Below are positions 21,566 through 31,036 of a stretch of 32,526 nt of DNA, piece after piece. The first letter of the stretch is position 1; every line of letters begins with the position of its first letter. The translations under genes and the position numbers were made by a program. Under the pieces are notes generated by a model. That model saw only the letters and a list, made by a program, of their open reading frames with translations, searched no databases and had not been told where the DNA came from. The DNA is from Octopus bimaculoides (lineage: Eukaryota): the NCBI RefSeq assembly GCF_001194135.2, contig NC_068998.1, positions 19,684,656 to 19,717,181 on the forward strand, in the 5' to 3' direction.

Positions 21566-21988
21566 GTTTTTCTTCTAGTGCTGACTTTGATTCATTTGAC
21601 TAAAATCCTTCAAGGCAGTGCCCAAGCATGGCTGTAGTCCAGATGAAAGATATGATACCATATCTAAAGCTAAACTGAACCCTTTCCTTCCAAGTTTAGA
21701 AGAATCAAAAGATATATTTAGCTTCTAGCAAGTAGATGTGAAATAATTTAGATCTAATTTGTTCACTATATTCAATGAAACCTTACTTTAAAAGTTACAA
21801 GAAGAATAAAATGTTTTCTTGGCACATACTCTCTCCTTCCAGCACTGTAAGACAGTTGTGTGATAGATGTATAGTAAAACTGTATCTTATGTATATTCAA
21901 GGAATGGTCTTGTGTGTGTGATAGAGGGAGTGAGAAAAAATAATTTTTGATCTTTGAAACAATGTTTTCTTTTTGTGTGTATTGTTAG

Positions 21989-22112
21989 ACGTGACAAAAC
22001 CTTGAATTTGTTCTCTGTGATGATGCGTAAGAAAATTCGTCCTGAAGATACGGATCTTGATGCTGAAGAAGGAGAAGAGAAGAAAACAAGGACAAAGAAA
22101 CAGAAAGATTTT
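21989..22112 (+). CDS. GTF2F1: GTF2F1 exon 6: RDKTLNLFSVMMRKKIRPEDTDLDAEEGEEKKTRTKKQKDF
   Basis: attgttag| ... TTT|gtaagt; 124 nt, phase 2 to 0; matches the RAP74 RNKVLNHFSIM..RRL segment. Confidence 0.95.
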
Positions 22113-22328
22113 GTAAGTTATTTTAAATTGAATTCTCTTTTAAGTGACAATTTATTCAGATTTCATCTGCAAACATGTTTGTCTTTTATCAAAATACTTC
22201 AAACTTTTTAAAACTTTCTTTTGTCATCATCATCACTACTACCATCATCTGTTAATCTGTAATATTTTAGTATTGCCTTGACTTTCATGACTACAGAATA
22301 CTGTTTCTGTATTTCATTTCTGCTACAG

Positions 22329-22413
22329 CTTTTAACAGACTTAGATGACTGGGCTGTTATGTCTGATGAAGATGACAGGGATGAAGATGATGCTCGTGAA
22401 GACAGCGACAATG
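22329..22413 (+). CDS. GTF2F1: GTF2F1 exon 7: LLTDLDDWAVMSDEDDRDEDDAREDSDN
   Basis: tgctacag| ... G|gtaaat; 85 nt, phase 0 to 1; matches LRIHDLEDDLEMSSD. Confidence 0.92.
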
Positions 22414-22557
22414 GTAAATTGTCATTTTGATGATCTTTTTTTGGGGTTGCCTGGAAAATTCCCTTGAATTTAAAAAAATATACTTTGTTGCTAATTAACT
22501 TTAAAATTTAAGTTCTTGCATATTTTTGGTAGCTTACAGATTATCAAAAATATGTTC

Positions 22558-22790
22558 TTAAGCCCTTTAACATTTAAACTGGCCATATCTGGCTCAAATA
22601 TATTCTACATATTTTACATTCAAACCAGCCAGATTTGGCCTCTCCCACCTACCCTACAATATCTTTCTAAAAAGAAACAATTATGTCATTAAAATCTTGA
22701 AGCTATGAGATAATGTATGATTGATTAAATAAACAATGTGAATAAATAAACATTACATTTGATAGAATAATCTGAATGCAAAAGGGTTAC
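22558..22790. mobile_element. TTAA MITE, full copy
   Basis: Same internal sequence as 787-1010; degenerate termini. Confidence 0.72.
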
Positions 22791-23299
22791 ATTTTTTTAT
22801 CACTAAAGAACAAGAATTGATACTAGACTAATGTTGAGCCATTGTCCTAATTAGCATCTAAATTGATTACCCTAAGCTTGATTTCAAAATTGTGAATTTT
22901 CTCAACTGTAGAGGTGAAGGTATGATTGTGTGGTTAAGAAGCTTGCTTTGCAACCATGTAGTTTTGGCTGCAGTCTCACTGCATGACATCTTGGACAAGT
23001 GTCTTGTGAGTAGATTTTTTTTATGCTGCTTTTGTGTGTTCCCATGACTGTCACCATCTAATTCCATTATTGTGAATTTGAATTGGGAGATTGAGTCATA
23101 GTGAACCTTTCATTAGCTGATTACGCAACCATGGATGTATTGCAGTTACTCTCATGATAGAACTTGGTGATCCTGACCATTGATCTTGTATTGCAGTCCA
23201 ATCAAAAACATCTTACTTGGGAAAACCAAATAAATGTTGGTGACAAGAAGGGCATATGTCTGTAGAATACTGCCTCAATAAGTTGTTCATCCTCTACCG

Positions 23300-23558
23300 C
23301 AGTGGTTTTCAACCAGGGTCCATATTGCCCTTGGGGGTCCATATAAGATTTTATTGTTAAAATTCATGTGCAGTAAATTCGTTATACTTCTACAATACAC
23401 AAAATATTTTAACCAATTTTTTTAATGCAATTTCTAATTATATTTAATTATAAAAATATAATGGGACTTTTTTTTAAGAATTGAATGGCTATGAGGGTTC
23501 TCTCAAGTAAAATAAGAATCAAGGAGGTCCCTTGATAAAAAATGATTGAGAACATGTG
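23300..23558. mobile_element. hAT (Charlie-like) MITE remnant
   Basis: Left end CAGTGGTTTTCAACC; degenerate right end GATTGAGAACATGTG; AT-rich interior. Confidence 0.55.
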
Positions 23559-23669
23559 CAGTTTAAAGAAGAAAACAATAGTGATTGTGATGTTTTGCTA
23601 GAATTTACTGTTATATAATTTTTTCTAATTTATATGCTTTTAAAAAAAATTTTTATACATATATATTAG

Positions 23670-23820
23670 ATAATAAACCAGATAAACCCCAAAAGAAAGA
23701 TACAAAAACTGTTAAAATTAAAAAGAACTCCAAGAGCAATTCTGATAACGAAGCAATTGAAGAAAGTGATGAAGGTGATTATGATGATCGTGAAGTGGAT
23801 TATATGACTGACTCAGCCAG
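23670..23820 (+). CDS. GTF2F1: GTF2F1 exon 8: DNKPDKPQKK...NEAIEESDEGDYDDREVDYMTDSA(S)
   Basis: tattag| ... AG|gtaagt; 151 nt, phase 1 to 2; conserved EAFEDSDDGD..EVDYM motif. The acceptor could alternatively be 23682 (same frame). Confidence 0.92.
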
Positions 23821-24249
23821 GTAAGTATTTCGTTTTTTGTCCACGATTAGTTTTTGGTGTTGCTCAGTAATGATGACTCTTGTGTGACTTGAACTGTCTG
23901 CATTTATATGAATGTAGTCATATGCACATTTTTTTGTTTTTTCATTTCACTCTTATTTTCTGGAGTCATAAATGGCTAACTTGGTAGAATGTTTAATCTA
24001 TTGGCTGCCAAAAGAAGTAATGCAGTGTTTCACCTACATTTTATTAGTCCAATGCTCCTGTCATAATAGGCTTAATTGGCCAACACCTTAGGCTAAGAAG
24101 TACTGGTCTAAAGTTTACATCCTGTCAATGTCTTTACATTGTGTCCCTAGCAAGCACACTTATGTCTTGATAGATTTGTTTAATTATTGTAACCTTTGTT
24201 ATTAAGGACATGGACAAGCTGAAATTATTCTAAAAGACACTTGCCCAGG

Positions 24250-24950
24250 CACTGGTATGCCTATGTGGTTAAGAAGCTTGCTTCTCAACCATGTAGTCTC
24301 AAGTTCAGTTCCACTGCATGGCACTCTGGGCAAGTATTTTCTACTATAACCCTGGGTTGACTAAAGCCTTGTGCATGGATTTGGTTAATGGAAAATGTGT
24401 GTACACACACACGCACGCGCACACACACACACATACACACACGTGTGTGTGCATGTGTTTTTAACATCATGTGATAGTTGTAAATGAGCATCACTGTCGT
24501 ATGAGTGATTTGCATGTTTCCAGTCTTTCATGAAAAATATGTCTAGCCATGGGGAAAATGTTATCTTGCTTGGAAACAGGTGAGGGCTGACAACAGAAAG
24601 GGCATCCAACTGTAGAAAATCTGCCTTTTGACCCATGTAAGTGTGGAAAAGTGGTTGTTTGATGATGGTGATGATGATGTGGTGATGGTGGTGGTGCACT
24701 GGGATTGAACCTGGAAGCATGTAGCTGCGACCAACTTCTTAACTATACAATCACATAGTACAGATGTAACAAGTTGAGTTGCATATGGCTGCACACACAC
24801 ACACACATACGACAAGCTTCTTTCAGTTTCCATCTGCCAAATCCACTCACAAGGCTTTGATAGGCCTGAAGCTAGAAAACTCTTGCCCAAGATGCCATGT
24901 AGTGGGAGTGAACCCTGAACCATGTGATTGGGAAGCAAACGCCTGTGCCT
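24250..24950. mobile_element. SINE cluster: + copy (24250-24660) and - copy (24790-24950) of the same family
   Basis: Opposed heads about 700 bp apart, able to fold back on each other. Confidence 0.68.
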
Positions 24951-25111
24951 AATAATATAGAAATTATTGAACTATAAGAGAAAATAAAGTGGATGACTTA
25001 TGATATAGAAAATATGACTGAATTATATATCTGCTATCCATGTACTGTTATTGTTGTTGTTTATTGTGAAAATGAAATTGTATATGAGTTACTGGAATTT
25101 TGCCCTTGCAG

Positions 25112-25284
25112 TAGTATGTCTGAAATTGAGGACCGTGACAAAGAAGAGAAGTATGAGGAAAAAGGTGTTGATGAAGAAACTGGTTTAAGAAAACTGATTG
25201 ATTCTGAGGCCAGCAGTGATGAAGAGGAACAGAAGAATGAGGATGAGGAAAACGAGGATATAAAAGATGAAAAGACCAAAAAAG
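25112..25284 (+). CDS. GTF2F1: GTF2F1 exon 9 (acidic): SSMSEIEDRDKEEKYEEKGVDEETGLRKLIDSEASSDEEE...KTKK
   Basis: cccttgcag| ... G|gtaaaa; 173 nt, phase 2 to 1; charged central domain with the KGVDE motif. Confidence 0.92.
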
Positions 25285-25959
25285 GTAAAATCAAACAAAC
25301 AAACAAATAAAAACATACGTATTTTGATTTGTTGTTTAACCCCGGGGGCCTGTGAATGAAAGGTATTCCTTTTACAATCTGCCTTCTTTCTTAGCAGTAT
25401 ATCTGAGAAGTATATTATCCAATGTATCTGGTTTTTTTTAAATGGTTGGATGTGATTTGAAGGAGATTTTGGCTGCTATGTCTAGCAAGCCAATTGACCC
25501 TATGAAGGCTCCCTTGTTGGATGTACATGTTATTAGAATTGGTAACGTTTAGTCGACATGTTTGGTACTACTCACTCCCAAAGGCATTTTTCTATTCTGG
25601 TTAAAAGTTGTTTTAAAAATTACCTTAATATAAGTAAAAGAAGAATTCAACATGTGAAACTGTTAATCCAGATATGTTTTATTCTCCCTCTGTTTTCTTT
25701 CCTCATTCCTTTCTGTTGAAGGGCATAGTCTTGAAACATCAAAGACTTTTCCATTCTTCCTGAGCATCAAACTAATACACCTTGTTTGTTTTTCCCTCAC
25801 CTGTCTCTGTCTGTTTTTGTACATTTGCACCATATAGTAAAAGAAGGTTTGGAAGAAACTAATAGACACTTATTGCAAGAAATATAGCTCATAAAAATAT
25901 AAAGACCCTGTCTTTAGCAAAGTAACATATTAAGAGAAAGAAATGATATAGAGAGGATG

Positions 25960-26179
25960 TACAGGGGGATGCTGAAAAGTTCCTGGCTTTGAGGGTATCA
26001 CAAAAGGCCTGGTTGGCAGCCCAACCTTCTGAGTTCTTTTGTAGGGCTCAGAAAGACTGAAGGGCTGCTGCAATAAGTGTGTGAATCTGAGAGGGGAATA
26101 TTTTGAATAAAATCATAATTAACTGATCCTCCTGTATTTTCTTTTACCCAAGCCAGAAACTTTTCAGTACCCCATCTTA
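25960..26179. mobile_element. Mariner-derived MITE with imperfect 30-bp TIRs and TA ends
   Basis: Left TACAGGGGGATGCTGAAAAGTTCCTGGCTT versus right AAGCCAGAAACTTTTCAGTACCCCATCTTA; the interior holds a mariner-like C-terminus (..NKCVNLRGEYFE*). Confidence 0.75.
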
Positions 26180-26942
26180 TAAATGCTTTACAATAACAAA
26201 CCCTCCATAGTCCTTTAACTTAGTTACATAAGGGCCATTGATGTCCAGGTCACAAAAGCAAAGTTTGAAGGGAATAGTAGTTGTTTCTTTCAATTTCTAG
26301 ATTGAAGCAAATAGGAAATAACACTTATTGAACAATGGCAAAAAAAAAAAGTGAAGATTTTGTTATAGAGTGTTTTAGAAGAGTAAGTTATGCAATCATT
26401 ATAAGAATTCTGCCCAACATTGAGTGGTGAGAGAGAAATATTTACATTAAATTTTAAAGCTTCCTATAACTAACGTAGAAATAACCATTACTAGTATTAA
26501 GCTTGTTGAGAAAATTTAACCTCAAGTATCTCATTAAAACCCAAGGTTGGTCCTTTCATTTTGAAAAGTTAGGGACCATAACCGTACGATGCTTTGCCCT
26601 ATATTGTTATACAACAAATTTTTTATTTACTTCTATTTTACTTGTGTTAAATGGGGGAAATAGTGTTTGTGAATATGAATATGTACATGCTTTTGGAGCA
26701 GTTTTTTTTCTGGTTTTGGTTGGATATCTTTTCTAATACTAACTACTCTTTTATGATGATTTCCCCCTCTCCACTCCACAGAAACTCCTCCATTTATTCC
26801 TGCTATTCAATGGTTTAACTTCACAGTCACTAAGTTTTCTTTATCACAACTTTGTTTACTCTCAGCTTTGGCTACATTGCTATAAACAACAATACTAGTT
26901 CTTTGAAACTTCCTAAGTACTCTTTTGGTTTCTCTTCGTCAG

Positions 26943-27016
26943 ATAGTGACAGCAGTTCATCTTCATCTGGAAGTGATTCTGATATGGATGAGAAACGTAC
27001 TTCTCAACTCCTAAAG
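26943..27016 (+). CDS. GTF2F1: GTF2F1 exon 10: DSDSSSSSSGSDSDMDEKRTSQLLK
   Basis: tttctcttcgtcag| ... AAG|gtaagt; 74 nt, phase 1 to 0; Ser-rich SDSDxD segment. Confidence 0.9.
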
Positions 27017-27099
27017 GTAAGTAAATACTTTGCATCCTTCTTGAAAACTGAAATAAGATATACATTACAGTATTGCTCATATATATGAGATTGTGTACA

Positions 27100-27410
27100 C
27101 TTAGGCATGCAAAAGAAAAGCTGAATTGCATCAAAAAAGGTCATACTGTTTATTTGGTGGGATTACAAAGGTGTTATGTATTTTGATCTACTTCCAATGA
27201 ATCAAACGATCAATTCAGATGTTTACTGTCAACAACTAATGAACTGGAGGAAGCAATCAAAGAAAAAGAGCCAGAATTGGCAAATCGTAAAGGAATCGTG
27301 TAGAACATGATTCCTTTACAATTTGCCAATTCCACCATGACAACACTAGACCACACATGTCTTTGCCAACTTGTGAAAAATGATTGGAGATTGGTTGGGA
27401 ACTTATCTTG
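27100..27410 (+). mobile_element. Mariner transposase internal fragment (frameshifted)
   Basis: AELHQKKV..IWWDYKGVMYFDLLPMNQTINSDVYCQQL..EAIKEK..ELANRKGIV..FHHDNTRPH; second-Asp region of the DD34D domain. Confidence 0.88.
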
Positions 27411-28539
27411 GAGTGTCATTTTTAAAATAAATCACACCATTGAAATGTCAAAGCTATCAGATAATACATGATTAATTCTACTTAGGGTGAATAAACAAAG
27501 ATTACATTTGACAGACTAATCTGAACGCTAAGAGGTTAAAACTAATCAGTGTTTTAATTAGCTGCTAACTTTCTTCTTGTATGTCTGAATATGTTTAAAT
27601 ATAAAGTAGTATCAGTTCAGCTCTCCTTTTCCACTTATTTTTCTTGCTATCGGGAACCATTTCACCTGTTATCTATTCTTCATCCATTAATGCTGTTCTC
27701 TTCACCCATATTTTACGTTAATTCTTTGCCGCTTCTGAGCCACCAATTTATCTTTCTACCCTCATCACCATACATTTCTCACTCTCCTCATGCACTATGC
27801 CTGCTTCTCACTCCACCCCCACTCCTACAACCCACCCATGTCATCTTTCTTTTGTCCTTCCCCGTCTACTGTATCATCAACACTATCCTGCTGTACTCAA
27901 GAAGATCCTCTCACCACGACAACAGAATCGAGATCCTAAAATTAAGGTACCCTGTAAAAAACCTTGTTGTTGGTGCCATGTAAAAAGCACCCAGTACACT
28001 GTGAAGTGGTTAGCATTAGGAAGGGCATCTAGCCATAGAAACCAAGCCAAAACAGACTATAGAAGCTGGTGTGGCTCCTAGCCTTGCCAGTTCCTGTCAA
28101 ACCATCCAACCCATGCCAGCATAGAAAATGGACGTTAAATGATGATGATGATGCTCTTTCCTTTTTTTCTACTGCTTTCCTTTACCTCTTCTAGCTCATG
28201 CATCGTTGGTCATCTTCTGCTTCTTATGAACCATTCCCTTCATCCACCCTTCAACTCTGCCCCGTCTTTACAGCTGTTGTCTACCTCCCCATCTCTTCAC
28301 TCATTCCCCCGCCTTTTGCTCTCCCATATTTTCTTGCAACCATTTATCCACCCACACACCTAGTTCCTCTGTCCCCACTCACTTCTCACCTTTTACTGAG
28401 TGGGACCACCTGGACACCTCATCACCACTGTTGATTTCTTTCCAGCTCCACCTAATCGTTCTCAGTCTCACTTCTAAATATGAATAACCATGTAGTTTCT
28501 CTACAGCAAGAAACATACTCTCTCCTCTTCTCTCATACT

Positions 28540-28764
28540 TTAACCCTTTAGCATTTAGACTAGCCATATCCAGTCAAAATATTCCACATGTTTTATGTTC
28601 AAACTGGCCAGATCTGGCCTCTTACACCAACCCCGTAATATTTTTAAAATAAACAACCACTTCATCAAAATCTTGTAGCTACAAGGTAATGTATGATTAA
28701 TTCAAAACAATGTCAATAAATAAGGATTACTTTTGACAAAATAACGTGAATACTAAAGGGTTAA
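28540..28764. mobile_element. TTAA MITE, full copy
   Basis: TTAACCCTTTAGCATT ... AATACTAAAGGGTTAA. Confidence 0.78.
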
Positions 28765-29094
28765 ACACTCACATCCCCCCGCTCCATCTCTTAGCACAAA
28801 GTTCCCAACCCTCTCAGGGTTCCTTATTCTTGTAAGCTGCACTGCACCCTCACTCGTGCTGGTAACACATAAAAAGCATCCAGTACACACTGTTAAGTTA
28901 GTGTTAGGAAGAGCAATCAGCCATAGAAACAATGCCAAAGCACACACTAGAGCATAATGCAGTCCTTGGACCCATTGGTTCCCATGAAACCATCTAACTC
29001 AGCAAGGAACATGGGCAATAAATAATGATGATGATATTTCAAGCTACGTTTTATTATCTTTTGTTTTACTGAATGAAATGATTTTATGTTGTAG

Positions 29095-29182
29095 ATTAAA
29101 GAGAGATCCAAAAAAGTTCTGGAGAAGAAAGCGGCTCCTGCTTCAACTGCTTCTTCTGCAGCACAACCTGAGGAAAAGAAAG
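29095..29182 (+). CDS. GTF2F1: GTF2F1 exon 11: IKERSKKVLEKKAAPASTASSAAQPEEKK
   Basis: tgttgtag| ... G|gtaatt; 88 nt, phase 0 to 1; open and phase-compatible with both neighbours; low-conservation linker. Confidence 0.82.
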
Positions 29183-29420
29183 GTAATTAAGCAAAAATAT
29201 GTAAATAATGATAATAATAATAATAAAATCTGTTGTATTGGGTGCTTTTTACATGGCACCAACAACAAAGTTTTTTTACACGGTACCTTAATTTTAGGAT
29301 CTCAATGTTAAAATCTGCTGGAACATATTCAGAAGGAATATGTATGTCATCATTTTGATTTTTTCCTGTTCACTGCACATATGATTTATTAACTAATGTT
29401 TGATTTTCCTGTTATTCCAG

Positions 29421-29517
29421 TCCTCCCACAGAAACGAAAAGCTGAACCAGAAACATCATTTGCAAGTAAAAAAGTGCGAACTGAGAGTCCTGTTGGGAAT
29501 GTTCCATGCACTAGCAG
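29421..29517 (+). CDS. GTF2F1: GTF2F1 exon 12: VLPQKRKAEPETSFASKKVRTESPVGNVPCTS(S)
   Basis: gttattccag| ... AG|gtttgt; 97 nt, phase 1 to 2; NLS-like KRK..KKVR corresponding to the RAP74 PAAKRLRLD region. Confidence 0.85.
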
Positions 29518-29849
29518 GTTTGTGTTGTTGCTCTCATAAATTAATAATAATGTTGCTTTTTGTCTTATCTTATTTTTCTTTTTTAAGTTATTAACCATTT
29601 ACATTGGTCTGTGCATGTTGTCTTGAGTTAAAATTCACTGCAAAGCATTTTATTGTCTATTTAAGAGAGACAATTAGTTCTTTATGCTTTAGTTCATGTT
29701 ATAGTTTCAACTGAGTACCAATACACATGGAAATATGACGGTAGTTGGGGCAGGAGTAGGAGTTGTTTCTGATTTGGTTACTTCTACGAAACTGGAGCTA
29801 AACAGTAACCCTTAATAGATTTTTAGAACCATTGGACGCATTTACGTAA

Positions 29850-30090
29850 ATGACCCCCTTCGGTCATGAAAGACCATGGGATTGCACCTAGAATTTTCCT
29901 TCCGAGGCACAAGTCGGGGCAAAGTTGTTTGTAGAAGACCAGCAGTCACCCATGCATGCCTGTCTCCCCTCTCCATGCCACCGATGTTATCCAAGAGAAA
30001 AGCAAAAGCCGATACAGCTTGGTACCAGTGATGTCACAACTCATTTCTACAGCTGATTGAATTGGAGCAATGTGAAATATAGTGTCTTTA
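29850..30090 (-). mobile_element. 5'-truncated copy of the 19515-19830 SINE family
   Basis: Reverse-complement similarity across the gaccccc...tgcacctaga...ctccatgcca...ggtaccagtg...tcatttctac segments. Confidence 0.65.
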
Positions 30091-30342
30091 CATATTAACT
30101 TCTAAGTCCCAACTACTCTTGTGTGGAGTAAAATTCTTGTTTACCTGTTAGATTCCCTGATTTATGGAATAAACCTTGTAAATAAAAGCAATTTGTGATA
30201 AATAACATGTCTAGGCCATGAATTCAACAATAATTTTGCCACAGCTACTGGCTTAGCTCATTGTTGCATGTAGCAGTGTGATTGAGATGTAAGGTTTTTT
30301 GCCTGATATATACAAAAACTTTTATCCAGGTGTCGCTGAAGG

Positions 30343-30690
30343 CACTGGCATGGTTGTGTGGGTATCTTGCTTTCTTCTCAGTCATGTGGTCTTGGGTTCA
30401 GTCCCACTGTTCAACACCTTGAATAAGTGTCTTCTACTATAGCTGCAGGCCAACCAAAGCCTTGTGAGTAGATTTAGCAGACTAACTGAAAGAAGCCTGT
30501 TGTATATGCATATACATTTGTGTTGTGTTGTGTTTGTTCCCCCACTACCACTTGACAACCAGTGTTGGTTTGTTTACATTTCCATAACAGCAGTTTGACA
30601 AAAGAGGCCAATACTGCGGTTGATTCAGTCAACAAAAAGTTCTTCAAGGTGCCTTAGTATGGCTGCAGTCTAATGATTGAAACAAAAGAT
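30343..30690 (+). mobile_element. Same SINE family in the last GTF2F1 intron
   Basis: ggcatggttgtgtgg...gggttcagtccc...gtgtcttctactatagc...gaaacaaaagat. Confidence 0.68.
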
Positions 30691-30772
30691 ATAAAATTAT
30701 ATACATATATGCAGTTTATATAATGGTTGTTAAATTCTAATTTTTTTTGTCTCTCTCTTTTTCTCATTACAG

Positions 30773-30980
30773 TGAAGGAATTTCCGAGGAGAGTATCCGG
30801 CGTTATTTAATGCGTAAGCCCATGAGTACAAAAGACTTGTTACAGAAGTTCAAATCGAAAAAGTTAAATATGACCAATGAACAGTTGACCAACTGCATTG
30901 CACAGCTGCTGCGCAAAATCAATCCTGACAAAATGACTATAAATAAAACTCTTTATTTGTCATTGAAGAAACCTGAGTAA
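30773..30980 (+). CDS. GTF2F1: GTF2F1 exon 13 (terminal): winged-helix domain SEGISEESIRRYLMRKPMSTKDLLQKFKSKK...LSLKKPE*
   Basis: Long polypyrimidine tract + cag|T; RRYL.RKPM.TKDLL.KF is the RAP74 C-terminal winged helix (FCP1-binding); stop TAA 30978-30980 followed by a second TAA. Confidence 0.97.
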
Positions 30981-30987
30981 TAAGTGT

Positions 30988-31036
30988 ATAATAGTAATAA
31001 TGATAATAACGATAATAATTATAATAATAATAATAT
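30988..31036. repeat. Imperfect (TAA)n tract in the proximal GTF2F1 3' UTR
   Basis: Seen directly just after the stop codon. Confidence 0.85.

Noticed and set aside
27095-27130. Candidate extra GTF2F1 micro-exon (ttag|GCATGC...AAAAG|gtcata)
   Set aside because: 35 nt would break the frame, and the sequence is the start of the mariner fragment (AELHQKKV).
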